Below, piece by piece: positions 1 to 10,785 of a stretch of DNA of 32,000 nt; the first letter of the stretch is position 1; every line of letters starts with the position of its first letter. The stretch comes from Vibrio cholerae ATCC 14035 (GTDB lineage: Bacteria; Pseudomonadota; Gammaproteobacteria; Enterobacterales; Vibrionaceae): NCBI RefSeq assembly GCF_000621645.1, contig NZ_JHXR01000004.1, positions 30,001 through 62,000 on the forward strand, in the 5' to 3' direction. The notes beneath the pieces were generated by a model. It did not search any database, was not told the origin of the DNA, and worked only from the letters and a program-made list of their open reading frames with translations. The position numbers and the translations under genes were made by a program.

Positions 1-2284
1 TATCACGCGGGTGTTGTGTGGTGCAGAAGGCTCACTGGCGTTTATTACCGAAGCTAAACTCAATTTAACGCCTATCCCCAAAGCACGCACGTTAGTGAAT
101 GTGAAATACGACAGCTTTGATTCTGCACTGCGTAATGCGCCTTTAATGGTTGAAGCGAAAGCTTTGTCGGTAGAAACCGTTGACTCGAAAGTGCTCAATC
201 TTGCCAAAGAAGACATTATTTGGCACAGCGTAAAAGACTTGCTGACTGATGTGCCTGGCAAAGAGATGCAAGGCATCAATATGGTCGAATACGCAGGCCA
301 AGACAGCGCGCAGATTAATCAGCAAGTCGCACAATTAACCGCGCGCCTTGATGAGATGATGGCCAACCAACAAGCGGGAATTATTGGCTATCAAGTCTGT
401 AGTGATTTAGCGAGCATCAACCGCATTTACAATATGCGTAAAAAAGCGGTGGGCTTGCTCGGTGCAGCCAAAGGCCGCGCTAAACCGGTTGCCTTTACCG
501 AAGATACCTGTGTGCCGCCTGAGAACTTAGCCGATTTTATCGTTGAATTTCGCGCGCTGCTCGATTCCAAAAATCTGGCGTATGGCATGTTTGGGCATGT
601 GGATGCGGGCGTATTGCATGTGCGTCCTGCGCTTGACTTGTGCGATCCCAAGCAAGAATTGTTGATGCGTGAAATCTCCGATCAAGTGGTTAAGCTCGTC
701 GCTAAATATGGCGGTTTGATGTGGGGGGAGCATGGCAAAGGCTATCGTTCGGAATATGGCCCTGAATTTTTTGGTGAGGAGCTGTTCACTGAACTGCGTC
801 GTGTGAAAGCGGCGTTTGACCCGCACAATAAGATGAATCCGGGCAAGATTTGTACCCCACTTGATACACCGTTTGAGCTGGTGAAAGTCTCCGACACTAA
901 ACGTGGTTTTTACGATCGCCAAATCGACGTCAAAGTGCGCGACAGCTTTAAGCAAGCGATGGAGTGTAACGGTAACGGTTTGTGCTTTAACTACGAAACT
1001 AGCTCCCCGATGTGTCCTTCAATGAAGGTGACGGCGGATCGTCGCCACTCGCCGAAAGGGCGCGCAGGATTAGTGCGAGAATGGTTACGTCAACTGACGG
1101 AGCAGGGTATTGATATCCTCGATCTTGAAAAAGCCACGCTCGAATCCTCGCCAACAATTAAATCTATGCTAGATCGGGTTCGTCATGCTTTTAGCAAAGA
1201 TAAAGAGTACGACTTTTCGCATGAAGTGTACGAAGCGATGAATGGTTGCTTGGCCTGTAAGGCCTGTGCAAGCCAGTGTCCGATTAAGGTGGATGTGCCC
1301 AGTTTCCGTTCGCGTTTTCTGAATATCTATCACAGCCGTTATCCGCGCCCAGTCAAAGATTATTTAGTCGCGAATATCGAAACCTTATTACCTGTGATGG
1401 CGAAGGCTCCGCAACTGGTGAATAGTGTGTTAGCACAATCTTCGGTGCAAAAATTAACCGCTAAAACGGTGGGTTATGTTGATGCGCCTCTCTTGTCGGT
1501 ACCAACACTCGCACAGCGTTTACGCCGTCATCCCGTCGTCCTGTTTGATATGCAGCGTTTGGCGGGGTTATCGCAAGAAGAGCGCGAGCAACATGTGTTG
1601 ATCGTGCAAGATCCGTTTACCAGTTATTACGATGCGGATGTGGTCGAAGATTTTGTCGCCCTGCTGCTTAAATTAGGCAAAAAACCAGTATTGTTGCCGT
1701 TTAAACCCAATGGCAAAGCGCAACATATTAAGGGCTTTCTACGCCAATTTCGTTCGACGGCAGCGAATTCCGCGGCATTTCTGACTCAAGTGGCGGATCT
1801 CAATATTCCGCTCGTGGGTGTAGATCCTGCTTTGGTGCTTTGCTATCGCGATGAGTATGTTGAAATATTAGGCAAAGAGCGCGGTGAGTTTTCGGTTCTG
1901 ACGGTTCATGAATGGCTCAAACCACGCCTGTCGCAGTTTACGCCTCAAGTAACCGATGCACAGCCTTGGTACTTATTGGCGCACTGTACGGAGAAAACTA
2001 AGCTGCCGAATGCGGAAAAAGAGTGGGTGGAAATCTTCCGCCACTTTGGTACGCAGCTCAATGCGGTGGCGGTAGGGTGCTGTGGTATGGCGGGTACCTT
2101 TGGTCATGAGGTGGATAAATTAACCATGTCTCGCGATATTTACGATTTGAGTTGGCAACCCGCATTAGCGTCGCTACCGAAAGAGCGCTGTTTGGTCACC
2201 GGTTACTCGTGTCGTAGCCAAGTGAAACGGTTTGAGCAAATCAAACCTAAGCATCCGTTGCAGGCTCTGTTACACTTGCTATAA
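1..2284 (+). CDS. ydiJ: FAD-binding / Fe-S cluster-binding oxidoreductase, YdiJ-like (5' end truncated by the window edge)
   Basis: The frame is open from the window edge, so the listed ORF start at 11 is only an internal codon. The translation carries the C-terminal part of an FAD-linked oxidase domain, a 4Fe-4S motif CLACKACASQCP and a C-terminal Cys-rich motif (VGCCGMAGTFGHE). It is collinear with the E. coli YdiJ family as I remember it. Confidence 0.8.
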   Translation, partial: ITRVLCGAEGSLAFITEAKLNLTPIPKARTLVNVKYDSFDSALRNAPLMVEAKALSVETVDSKVLNLAKEDIIWHSVKDLLTDVPGKEMQGINMVEYAGQDSAQINQQVAQLTARLDEMMANQQAGIIGYQVCSDLASINRIYNMRKKAVGLLGAAKGRAKPVAFTEDTCVPPENLADFIVEFRALLDSKNLAYGMFGHVDAGVLHVRPALDLCDPKQELLMREISDQVVKLVAKYGGLMWGEHGKGYRSEYGPEFFGEELFTELRRVKAAFDPHNKMNPGKICTPLDTPFELVKVSDTKRGFYDRQIDVKVRDSFKQAMECNGNGLCFNYETSSPMCPSMKVTADRRHSPKGRAGLVREWLRQLTEQGIDILDLEKATLESSPTIKSMLDRVRHAFSKDKEYDFSHEVYEAMNGCLACKACASQCPIKVDVPSFRSRFLNIYHSRYPRPVKDYLVANIETLLPVMAKAPQLVNSVLAQSSVQKLTAKTVGYVDAPLLSVPTLAQRLRRHPVVLFDMQRLAGLSQEEREQHVLIVQDPFTSYYDADVVEDFVALLLKLGKKPVLLPFKPNGKAQHIKGFLRQFRSTAANSAAFLTQVADLNIPLVGVDPALVLCYRDEYVEILGKERGEFSVLTVHEWLKPRLSQFTPQVTDAQPWYLLAHCTEKTKLPNAEKEWVEIFRHFGTQLNAVAVGCCGMAGTFGHEVDKLTMSRDIYDLSWQPALASLPKERCLVTGYSCRSQVKRFEQIKPKHPLQALLHLL

Positions 2285-2339
2285 ACAGAATGCCCAGTGA
2301 CTCCACTGGGCTTTTTCATTCAGTTGAATTGAGGTGATT

Positions 2340-2801
2340 ATGAAAAACTTAGAATTAAAGGTTCCTCCAGTCGCGGTTTTTCTGGTGGCCTTGGCGCTCA
2401 TCCATCTCTCTTCCATCCTCTTTCCAACATTAACCATTACACTACCGTGGCCAAGCCTAGTCATGGCGCTCTGTTTTTGCAGCTCAGGTTTCTGGGGGAT
2501 TGCTGGTTTGTTGGAGTTTCGTCGTTTTAAAACGACGGTGAACCCCATGGCTCCGGATCTCGCGGCCACTGTGGTAGACAGCGGCGTTTTTGCACTCAGC
2601 CGCAATCCTATGTATCTCGGCTTACTGCTCCTGCTGTTTGGGCTTGCTTACTGGCAAGAGAACGCTCTTAGCTTGGTGATAGTTGGCGGTTTTTTGCTGT
2701 ACATGAATCAATACCAAATCGAGCCTGAAGAGCGGATTCTAGAAGCCAAGTTTGGCGAAGCTTATCTACATTACAAAAAGCGAGTGAGACGCTGGTTGTA
2801 A
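2340..2801 (+). CDS. Isoprenylcysteine carboxyl methyltransferase (ICMT/PEMT)-family membrane methyltransferase
   Basis: Multi-TM protein with family-typical motifs SRNPMYLG and EPEERILEAKFGEAYLHYKKRVRRWL. I chose the ATG at 2340 (GAGG at 2331-2334, 5 nt upstream) over the GTG at 2334. Confidence 0.75.
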   Translation: MKNLELKVPPVAVFLVALALIHLSSILFPTLTITLPWPSLVMALCFCSSGFWGIAGLLEFRRFKTTVNPMAPDLAATVVDSGVFALSRNPMYLGLLLLLFGLAYWQENALSLVIVGGFLLYMNQYQIEPEERILEAKFGEAYLHYKKRVRRWL

Positions 2802-3050
2802 TGTCCGATTACTTAGCATTTTTAGCTAAAATTCACATATTTGTGAAAAAGAGTTTGAAACATTTCTGGGGTTTATAGATTTGTGCGTAGGATAACCTTC
2901 CTACTTGACGTTGCAGTGGTAGTGGCTGGCGTGCGGCGCAATTTGTTCCCAACAAACTTGTCAATGACTTGTCGCCTACCTATCGTTCCAAGTCGTTGGG
3001 ATATAACGAGCTATCAAATGATAATTTCTGATTAATGAAAGGATTGAGTT

Positions 3051-4262
3051 GTGCATCAGGTTTCTAAATTGCTGTCGTGTTTTATCGGTTTTTCTCTTTT
3101 CTCTACACTGCTCTATGCGGAATCCACAGCAGATATTTCATCTCGTATTATTAATGGTTCGAATGCAAACTCTGCCGAATGGCCATCGATTGTGGCTCTG
3201 GTTAAACGCGGTGCAGATGCTTATCAAGGGCAATTTTGTGGCGGTAGTTTTTTAGGTGGACGATATGTCTTAACCGCTGCTCACTGTTTTGATAGTCGTA
3301 GTGCTGCTAGTGTGGATGTGATTATTGGTGCTTATGATCTGAATAACTCTTCTCAAGGAGAAAGGATTGCCGCGCAAAAAATTTACCGTCATTTGAGTTA
3401 TAGTCCCAGTAACTTATTGAATGACATTGCGATTGTCGAGTTAGCACAAACCAGTAGTTTGCCTGCCATCACTTTAGCGGGTCCTGCAACACGCACGTCT
3501 TTACCAGCATTAACCCCTTTAACAGTGGCTGGATGGGGGATTACCGTGCAATCAAAACCGCCACAATTTACTCCGATACTACAAGAAGTGGATGTTGACC
3601 TGGTTTCGCAATCGCTTTGCCAAATAGTCATGCAGCATGGAATTTCCTCTGATCCTAATTCGACCAACTTTTGTGCCGCTCGTCTTACGAAAGATTCATG
3701 TCAGGGAGATTCTGGTGGCCCAATTGTAGTTAAAACGGGTCGAGAGCAGCTGGGTATTGTGAGTTGGGGGGATGAACAATGCGCTAAAACAGGCACTTAT
3801 GGTGTGTATACCAACGTCAGTTATTTTCGTGATTGGATCACAAAGCACACTAACCAGCTTAGCTATGATCAAGTCGCCAATCTCGGTATTCGTCCATTAG
3901 GTAAAGTGAGTCAATCATTTACATATACCAACCTTGATGCTAATGCGCTGACCTATACAGGAAACACATTCTCAAGTCTGCCCGCTGATTTTAGTGTGCT
4001 ATCCGATGGGTGCAGTACTAAAGTGACGTTAGCCACAGGTGAAAGTTGTAGTGTAGAAGTGGCTGTTGATGCGCAACACTACCGTCAATATCAGTATGAC
4101 TTTGAGTTGATCTTTAGCTATGCGGGAGGTTCTAAACGTGCAACGTCTCGTATTCAACTGGATACTTCGCCTTTTGCCCCAAGTGCCTCTTCTGGCGGTT
4201 CCATCGGCTGGTTTGGTTTGCTGCTTTTGGCTCCATTGTGGATGAGACGGAAAACCGCTTGA
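3051..4262 (+). CDS. vesB: Secreted trypsin-like serine protease with C-terminal GlyGly-CTERM sorting signal (VesB)
   Basis: GTG start with AAAGGA 7 nt upstream and an N-terminal signal peptide. Trypsin-type activation site SSR/IINGS. Catalytic triad motifs TAAHC, NDIAIV and GDSGGP. An extra C-terminal domain ends in SSGGSIGWFGLLLLAPLWMRRKTA, i.e. Gly-Gly, a hydrophobic helix and a basic tail (the rhombosortase substrate signature). Confidence 0.88.
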   Translation: MHQVSKLLSCFIGFSLFSTLLYAESTADISSRIINGSNANSAEWPSIVALVKRGADAYQGQFCGGSFLGGRYVLTAAHCFDSRSAASVDVIIGAYDLNNSSQGERIAAQKIYRHLSYSPSNLLNDIAIVELAQTSSLPAITLAGPATRTSLPALTPLTVAGWGITVQSKPPQFTPILQEVDVDLVSQSLCQIVMQHGISSDPNSTNFCAARLTKDSCQGDSGGPIVVKTGREQLGIVSWGDEQCAKTGTYGVYTNVSYFRDWITKHTNQLSYDQVANLGIRPLGKVSQSFTYTNLDANALTYTGNTFSSLPADFSVLSDGCSTKVTLATGESCSVEVAVDAQHYRQYQYDFELIFSYAGGSKRATSRIQLDTSPFAPSASSGGSIGWFGLLLLAPLWMRRKTA

Positions 4263-4276
4263 TTACCTATCCGAGA

Positions 4277-4311
4277 TAAAAAATAACCCGCTATCCGCGG
4301 GTTATTTTTTT
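4277..4311. terminator. Bidirectional rho-independent terminator between convergent vesB and the hotdog gene
   Basis: Perfect 9-bp stem ATAACCCGC (4283-4291) / GCGGGTTAT (4297-4305) with a 5-nt loop. It is flanked by an A-run upstream and a T-run downstream. Confidence 0.8.
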
Positions 4312-4336
4312 GCATTAGATTTAGATGCTCTACGAA

Positions 4337-5062
4337 TTATGCCGCTTGCTCAATCTGGCTAAGGAAGGCTTCTTTGCGCTCATTGAAACGGTTGACGAGA
4401 TCATCGATTTCCGCTTGGTCGTAAGGTTTTAAACCGCTGGCAACCATACGTTTTAGGCCTTTACCGACCACTTGTCCTTCATCTTTAAACACGAAGTTGA
4501 GTGTCACTAAGCCGCGTTTGCCATCCACATCAAAGGTCGCGCCCGCAAACTCTACTTCTGGATGGGTGAGATCAAGGCGGGTAAATTCCACTTCCATCGA
4601 TTCATAAATCACCAGTGGACGCTGGCAGTTGATCATCATCTGCTGCTCTTCCATCAACGGCACCATGATGTGCGGGAAGTTCATGCCAGAAAACTGCACA
4701 TAGCTGGTCACCACATGCTCAATAAAAGCAGGGTTGCGGTTGACTTCACCTTCACGTGACATGTGCAGATACTCTTTGCCGCTGGCATCCACGACTGCGC
4801 TTTCACGCTGACACTTATTTTCAATGTGCAGAGCAACGCCATCACTCACCATGCCAGAGAAATCAAAACGCATCTTTTGGCTAATGCCTTCTTTTTGCAG
4901 CAATACAGCAAACAGCAGATCGCCCGGTACGCAGAAACGTTTACTATCTTCGTCATGGATGGGGTTGAAATCACCCGCGACCAATTTGGCAAAGTGGCTA
5001 GCCTGTTGGCGAGTAAATTGAAATTGGTGCTGTTGATTTGAATGGTATGCAGTCAGGAACAT
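4337..5062 (-). CDS. MaoC-like (hotdog-fold) domain protein of unknown function
   Basis: 241-aa ORF whose N-terminal region contains GDFNPIHDED, the GDxNPIHxD signature of MaoC dehydratase-like hotdog domains. The SD is weak. No closer assignment is possible by eye. Confidence 0.7.
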   Translation of the reverse strand: MFLTAYHSNQQHQFQFTRQQASHFAKLVAGDFNPIHDEDSKRFCVPGDLLFAVLLQKEGISQKMRFDFSGMVSDGVALHIENKCQRESAVVDASGKEYLHMSREGEVNRNPAFIEHVVTSYVQFSGMNFPHIMVPLMEEQQMMINCQRPLVIYESMEVEFTRLDLTHPEVEFAGATFDVDGKRGLVTLNFVFKDEGQVVGKGLKRMVASGLKPYDQAEIDDLVNRFNERKEAFLSQIEQAA

Positions 5063-5168
5063 GGTTATCGCTATCTCAACTAAACTGCGCGCATTATAGG
5101 ACAGAATCTTACAATCATTGGTCTATCCAGTGGAGATGTTCTTTTACCACTTCAAGTGATTTAAGTAT

Positions 5169-5188
5169 AAGAGCCCCATAGGGCTCTT
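5169..5188 (-). terminator. Hairpin downstream of hutH (possible end of the hut operon)
   Basis: 8-bp stem AAGAGCCC / GGGCTCTT with a 4-nt loop, 22 nt past the hutH stop. The U-tract on the minus strand is weak (ATACTTAAAT). Confidence 0.35.
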
Positions 5189-5210
5189 GAAATGTTGATT
5201 TGTCAGTCAC

Positions 5211-6746
5211 TTAGTGCTGGCTTGGTAGCAGCTGATCGGGCATTAAACGGTTGTGTACGGCAAGTTGCAGCAGAGCATTGGCTTTTTCGATATCCGGCGC
5301 AAAATAGCGGTCTTTATCGTAAAACGGTACTTTTTCACGCAGTATCTGCCTTGCTTCCTCAATGCGTGGTGAGGACTTCAATGGTGCACGAAAATCCAAT
5401 CCTTGTGCTGCTGCAAGGTATTCCACCGCCAAAATACCACGAGTATTTTCGCCCATGTCACGCAGTCTGCGTGCGGCAAACGTCGCCATGGAAACGTGAT
5501 CTTCTTGGTTGGCTGAAGTGGGTAAACTGTCGACTGATGCAGGATGCGCGAGGGTTTTGTTCTCACTGGCTAAGGCAGCTGCCGTGACTTGCGCAATCAT
5601 AAAGCCGGAGTTCACCCCACCATTGTCGACCAAAAAGGGCGGTAGTTTGCTCAGCGCACTGTCAATCAGCAGTGCCATGCGGCGCTCGGAGAGGCTGCCG
5701 ATTTCAGCAATCGCCAGCGCCAAATTATCCGCAGCCATGGCGACAGGTTCAGCATGGAAGTTGCCGCCTGAGATGATGTCGCCATCCTCGGCAAACACGA
5801 GTGGGTTATCAGAAACAGAGTTGGCTTCGACTTCCAACACCTCAGCTGCACTTCGAATTTGCTGCAAGCAAGCGCCCATCACTTGTGGTTGGCAGCGCAG
5901 AGAGTAAGGATCTTGCACTTTTTCACAATTGCTGTGGGATTGGCCAATTTCGCTGCTGACATCGAGCAGGTGACGATACGCCGTTGCAGCATCCATTTGG
6001 GTTCGGTGCCCACGCACGCGGTGGATACGCGGATCGAAGGGGCGACGGCTTCCCAGAGCGGCTTCGACCGACATCGCACCGCACACAGTGGCGGATGCAA
6101 ACAGATCTTCAGCCACAAACAATCCTTCGAGCGCAAATGCGGTCGAGGCTTGAGTGCCATTGAGTAGCGCGAGCCCTTCTTTAGGGGCGAGGGTAATTGG
6201 CTCTAGTCCCGCAATTTTCATCGCTTCCAGACCGGAAATGATTTTGCCGTTGTAACGGGCTTGGCCTTCGCCGAGCAACACTGTGCTCATGTGCGCCAGC
6301 GGCGCAAGATCACCCGATGCGCCAACCGAGCCTTTTTTCGGTACGCAAGGATAAATCTGGTTATTGACGAGCTCGATCAAAGCTTGGATGACTTCAAGAC
6401 GGATACCAGAATAGCCACGCGCCAAGCTGTTGATTTTAAGTAGCATCATCAAACGAACGGTTTCATCCGACATCAGCTCACCGATGCCCGCAGCATGAGA
6501 AAGCACGATGCTCTTTTGCAGCGTTTCCAGATCTTGCGGGGCAATTTTGGTGTTGGCGAGCAAACCAAAACCAGTATTGATGCCGTACACGGTACGTCCT
6601 TCGCTGATCACTTGTTCGACGACTTGGGCGCTTTCGGCAATCGCCGGAATCGCTTCTGGATCGAGGGATAACACCACGGGTGAGCGGCTCACTTGACGCA
6701 ACTGTTTTAAGCTGAGTTGGCCGGGTTTGATCATCAGGTGCAACAT
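5211..6746 (-). CDS. hutH: Histidine ammonia-lyase
   Basis: MIO-forming motif [14 protein letters not shown] and full-length similarity to HutH. I preferred the ATG at 6746 (GAGGAAAG upstream) to the GTG at 6761, which overlaps the hutU stop. Confidence 0.95.
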   Translation of the reverse strand: MLHLMIKPGQLSLKQLRQVSRSPVVLSLDPEAIPAIAESAQVVEQVISEGRTVYGINTGFGLLANTKIAPQDLETLQKSIVLSHAAGIGELMSDETVRLMMLLKINSLARGYSGIRLEVIQALIELVNNQIYPCVPKKGSVGASGDLAPLAHMSTVLLGEGQARYNGKIISGLEAMKIAGLEPITLAPKEGLALLNGTQASTAFALEGLFVAEDLFASATVCGAMSVEAALGSRRPFDPRIHRVRGHRTQMDAATAYRHLLDVSSEIGQSHSNCEKVQDPYSLRCQPQVMGACLQQIRSAAEVLEVEANSVSDNPLVFAEDGDIISGGNFHAEPVAMAADNLALAIAEIGSLSERRMALLIDSALSKLPPFLVDNGGVNSGFMIAQVTAAALASENKTLAHPASVDSLPTSANQEDHVSMATFAARRLRDMGENTRGILAVEYLAAAQGLDFRAPLKSSPRIEEARQILREKVPFYDKDRYFAPDIEKANALLQLAVHNRLMPDQLLPSQH

Positions 6747-6757
6747 GGTTTCTTTCC

Positions 6758-8455
6758 TCACTTGAGTTTGGCCAGCTCAGCGTTGAGCATAGGTAAGTCG
6801 AGTTTTTGTTGCTGCGCGCAGCGTTTGGCAATCTCATAGCCCGCATCAGCGTGGCGCATTACGCCTGTGGCTGGGTCATTGTGCAGTACACGAGCGATAC
6901 GTTCGGCGGCATCATCACTGCCATCGCAGCAAATCACCATACCGGAATGCTGTGAGAACCCCATACCAACGCCACCACCGTGGTGCAGAGAAACCCAAGT
7001 GGCTCCGCCTGCGGTGTTGAGTAGGGCATTGAGCAGTGGCCAATCAGAGACTGCATCTGAACCATCCAACATGCCTTCGGTTTCGCGGTTCGGGCTGGCG
7101 ACTGAGCCTGAATCGAGGTGATCACGACCAATCACGATTGGCGCTTTGAGCTCGCCATTTTTCACCATTTCGTTAAAAGCTAAGCCTAAGCGAGCGCGAT
7201 CTTTTAAACCGACCCAGCAAATACGGGCAGGTAAACCTTGGAAGTGGATTCGCTCACGCGCCATATCCAGCCAGTTATGCAGATGTGGGTTGTCAGGGAT
7301 CAGCTCTTTGACTTTTTGATCGGTTTTGTAAATGTCTTCCGGATCGCCAGAGAGTGCCGCCCAACGGAAGGGACCTATCCCTTCACAGAAGAGTGGACGA
7401 ATATAGGCCGGCACAAAACCGGGGAAGTCGAACGCATTGGCAACACCTTCTTCCAGCGCCATTTGGCGAATGTTATTGCCATAGTCCAGCGTCGCAGCGC
7501 CGCGAGTTTGCAAATCAAGCATGGCGCGCACTTGGATCGCCATCGAAGCTTTGGCAGCTTTGACGACTTCAGCTTCATTTTGTTGACGCATCTGTGCAGC
7601 TTTTTCCATGCTCCAGCCGAGTGGCAAATAGCCATTGAGTGGATCGTGTGCCGACGTTTGATCTGTCACCACATCAGGGGTGATGTTGCGTTTGACTAAT
7701 TCGGGGAAGATGTCAGCGGCATTACCCAGTAAGCCGACAGAAATTGGGCGATCGGTATCGGCGATCATCGCCAGCGCTTCATCAAGCGTGTTGGCTTTTT
7801 TGTCGACATAACCGGTGCGCAGACGATAGTCGATGCGCGATTCATCACATTCCACCGCAATCATCGAGAATCCTGCCATCGTCGCCGCTAAAGGTTGCGC
7901 GCCGCCCATGCCGCCCAATCCGCCAGTCAAAACCCAACGGCCTTTGGCATCGCCATTGAAATGCTTTTTCGCAACCGCGACAAAGGTTTCGTAAGTGCCT
8001 TGCACTATGCCTTGTGAGCCAATGTAAATCCAAGATCCCGCCGTCATCTGGCCGTACATCATCAAGCCTTGTTTATCGAGCTCGTTGAAATGCTCCCAGT
8101 TTGCCCAGTGTGGTACTAAGTTGGAGTTGGCAATCAACACGCGTGGCGCATTTTTGTGGGTGGGGAAAACCCCCACCGGTTTACCCGATTGCACCAGTAA
8201 AGTCTGGTCATCTTCGAGGCGCTCCAGCACTTCGACGATTTTGTCAAAGCACTCCCAGTTACGCGCCGCGCGGCCAATGCCACCATACACCACCAGTGCA
8301 TGAGGGTGTTCGGCCACATCGGGGTCGAGGTTATTCATCAGCATGCGAAGTGGGGCTTCAGTGAGCCAAGATTTGGCGCGCAGCTGTGTGCCACGAGGGG
8401 CGCGAATGGTGCGCTGAGTGTCCAGTCTTGTTCCTTGTGCAGATGACTGTGTCAT
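6758..8455 (-). CDS. hutU: Urocanate hydratase
   Basis: 565 aa with the NAD-binding Gly-rich motif [12 protein letters not shown]. The HutU pattern is conserved along the full length. Confidence 0.96.
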   Translation of the reverse strand: MTQSSAQGTRLDTQRTIRAPRGTQLRAKSWLTEAPLRMLMNNLDPDVAEHPHALVVYGGIGRAARNWECFDKIVEVLERLEDDQTLLVQSGKPVGVFPTHKNAPRVLIANSNLVPHWANWEHFNELDKQGLMMYGQMTAGSWIYIGSQGIVQGTYETFVAVAKKHFNGDAKGRWVLTGGLGGMGGAQPLAATMAGFSMIAVECDESRIDYRLRTGYVDKKANTLDEALAMIADTDRPISVGLLGNAADIFPELVKRNITPDVVTDQTSAHDPLNGYLPLGWSMEKAAQMRQQNEAEVVKAAKASMAIQVRAMLDLQTRGAATLDYGNNIRQMALEEGVANAFDFPGFVPAYIRPLFCEGIGPFRWAALSGDPEDIYKTDQKVKELIPDNPHLHNWLDMARERIHFQGLPARICWVGLKDRARLGLAFNEMVKNGELKAPIVIGRDHLDSGSVASPNRETEGMLDGSDAVSDWPLLNALLNTAGGATWVSLHHGGGVGMGFSQHSGMVICCDGSDDAAERIARVLHNDPATGVMRHADAGYEIAKRCAQQQKLDLPMLNAELAKLK

Positions 8456-8473
8456 GTTGAGACTCCTTTTGAT

Positions 8474-9484
8474 TCACGGGTGACGGATGGATTGCACTTG
8501 TTCGGCCATGGCGTTAGCAATGTCCCAACACAAACGAGCGGCTAAGCGCGCGGTGTGCTGATCAATATCGAAACTTGGGTTGTATTCGGCGATATCGGCA
8601 ATCATCAGTTTGTTTTTGTAATGAAGAATTCGGTCGAAATAGGGGGCAAGCGCTTCTAGGCTCACACCGCGCGCGGCAGGCGCACTGACGCCGGGCGCAC
8701 TGGCCGCCGGAAACACGTCCAGATCAATGGTGAGATAGAGGTAATCACAATCATCAATAAAGTGTTGTAATTGAGTCAGGTGATCCTTGAGTGACAAAGG
8801 CGAAAAGGCTTTATCTTCAACATACCAAACCCCTAGCTTATCTGCGCGTTCAAACAGTGCGGGCGTGTTGCTGGCGCGGCTCACTCCCAAGCAGGCGTAA
8901 TGAAAATCCCAACCTTGCTGCTGGCAAAAATGGTGGATTTGATTAAACGGCGTGCCTGAGCTTGGGCGCACTGGTGCTAATTCTGATTCAAATGTTCGTA
9001 AGTCAAAATGCGCATCAAAATTGATGATGCCGATCCGTGGTTGCTTTACGCCTGTTGCTAGAAAATGTTGTGCTAAACCCTGAAAGGTTGCCCAAGCAAT
9101 CTCGTGTCCGCCGCCGAGCACGATGGCCCGCGCGTGAGGCAAAGCCTGTTGAATCACTTGCGCGCATTCTTGCTGAGCTTGCTCTAATTCATCACCCTCA
9201 CAACGAATGTTGCCCAAATCGTAAATGGGGATGGGATGGTGCCACGCGAGATTGGCTAGCGCTTGCTTAATAAGGCTGGGCGCGTGCTTGGCTCCGGTGC
9301 GACCTTTGTTGCGTTCCACACCCGCATCACACTCAAAACCGATCAACGCCACACCCGGCTCTTGGTTCGCTAGCTCGCCCACTTGAATGGGACAAGCGAT
9401 ATGGTGCACACGACGCCCGGCTTGACCATCTTCGGGATCATGGCGGCCTTGCCAAGTGTGCTCAGTGGTGAAATTAGGATTCAT
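8474..9484 (-). CDS. hutG: Formimidoylglutamase (arginase-fold)
   Basis: Arginase-family Mn-binding motifs GGGHEIA, NFDAHFD and TIDLDVF. The position inside the hut cluster fits. The start overlaps the hutI stop by 11 nt. Confidence 0.93.
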
Positions 9485-10682
9485 AGCTCAGCTCTCCATT
9501 AACTATGCGAGCATGCAGGCGAGAAACGCCGACTTGATAGCTCAGCTCGGCAGGATGTTCGATATTCCAAATCGCCAAATCAGCATCGTAGCCTTCTGCG
9601 ATTTGTCCACGGTTTGCGGGGTAACCCAAGGCTTGCGCTGCATGGCATGTCACTGCGCGTAGAGTCTCTTCTGGCGTTAGGTCAAACAAGGTACAGCCCA
9701 TATTCATCATCAGGGACAAATCGGCAAATGGTGAGGTGCCGGGGTTTAAATCGGTAGAGATGGCCATGGGTACGCGATATTGGCGCAGCCATTCAATCGG
9801 CGGCTTTTGGGTTTCGCGCAAAAAGTAGAATGCACCGGGAAGTAAGGTGGCAACCGTGCTCGATTGCGCCAATGCTTTCACGCCCGCTTCATCAAGATAT
9901 TCGATATGGTCAACGGAGAGCCCACCCATGCGAGCGGTGAGTGCGCTGCCGCCTAAGTTGGAAAGCTGCTCGGTATGACCTTTGATTTGCAAGCCATGCG
10001 CTTGCGCAGCATGAAACACGCGTTCAGTTTGCGCCACGCTAAAGCCAATCGACTCACAAAACACATCTACGCTGGTGGCCAGTTGCTCTTCGGCAACCCG
10101 AGGAATGATCTCTTGGCAAATATGCGCGATATAGTCATCACTACGGCCTTGAAATTCAGGAGGTAGTGCGTGCGCGGCAAGTAATGTGGTGGTGATTTTG
10201 ACGCGGCGATGCTGCTCAAGCGCTTTGGCGGCGCGCAGCATTTTCAGCTCATCCTTGAGCGTTAAACCGTAGCCAGATTTCACTTCAACGGAAGTGACAC
10301 CGCTACGCAGCAGGCCATCCAAACGCGGTAGCGCGAGTTCGATCAACGCTTCTTCACTGGCCTTACGAGTGGCATTCACGGTAGAAAGAATGCCGCCACC
10401 TTGAGCGGCGATGGTTTGGTAGGGCACACCTTGTAAACGCAGCTCGAATTCGTTGGCGCGGCTGCCGGCATAAACCAAATGGGTGTGGCAATCAATCAAT
10501 CCCGGTGTGACTAATTTGCCGGCACACGAGATAGGATGCGCATCGCTGGGAAGGTCAATATGTTGGCCAATGTGTTGAATGCGCCCCTGCTCAATGATGA
10601 GGGTTTGCGGCTCGGTTATCTGATAACCTTGCACGCCCGGTTGCATGGTTACTAAACGCGCTTCGGTCAACACACAATTCAT
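9474..10682 (-). CDS. hutI: Imidazolonepropionase
   Basis: Amidohydrolase-fold protein with the metal motif DCHTHLV and the HutI pattern along its length. It is the first gene of the hutIGUH transcription unit. Confidence 0.95.
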
Positions 10683-10710
10683 CGCTTTCCATCCAGATAT
10701 CGATATTTCA

Positions 10711-10726
10711 AATGTATATACAAATA
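10711..10726. promoter_or_regulatory. HutC-type operator in front of hutI (hutIGUH)
   Basis: AAATGTATATACAAAT contains the perfect 10-bp palindrome TGTATATACA (10714-10723), about 30-40 bp upstream of the hutI ATG. It matches the TGTATA-TACA type operators described for HutC/GntR repressors. Confidence 0.65.
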
Positions 10727-10746
10727 AATAGTGGAAAGCGTGAAAG

Positions 10747-10768
10747 TTCGCAACTTGAATGTTGCGAA
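10747..10768 (-). terminator. Hairpin downstream of hutC
   Basis: Perfect 8-bp stem TTCGCAAC / GTTGCGAA with a 6-nt loop, about 18 nt after the hutC stop. On the minus strand it is followed by CTTTCACGCTTTCC, a moderate T content. Confidence 0.4.
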
Positions 10769-10785
10769 AATGTGATCATGTGGGG

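Noticed and set aside
6747-6761. Longer hutH form starting at GTG 6761 (MRKET...), and likewise the extended N-termini of yeiP (to 13623) and varA (from 19456).
   Set aside because: In each case the homologous proteins begin at the downstream start, which has a proper SD. For hutH this is ATG 6746 after GAGGAAAG, for yeiP ATG 13590 after AAGGA, and for varA TTG 19495 after GGAG.
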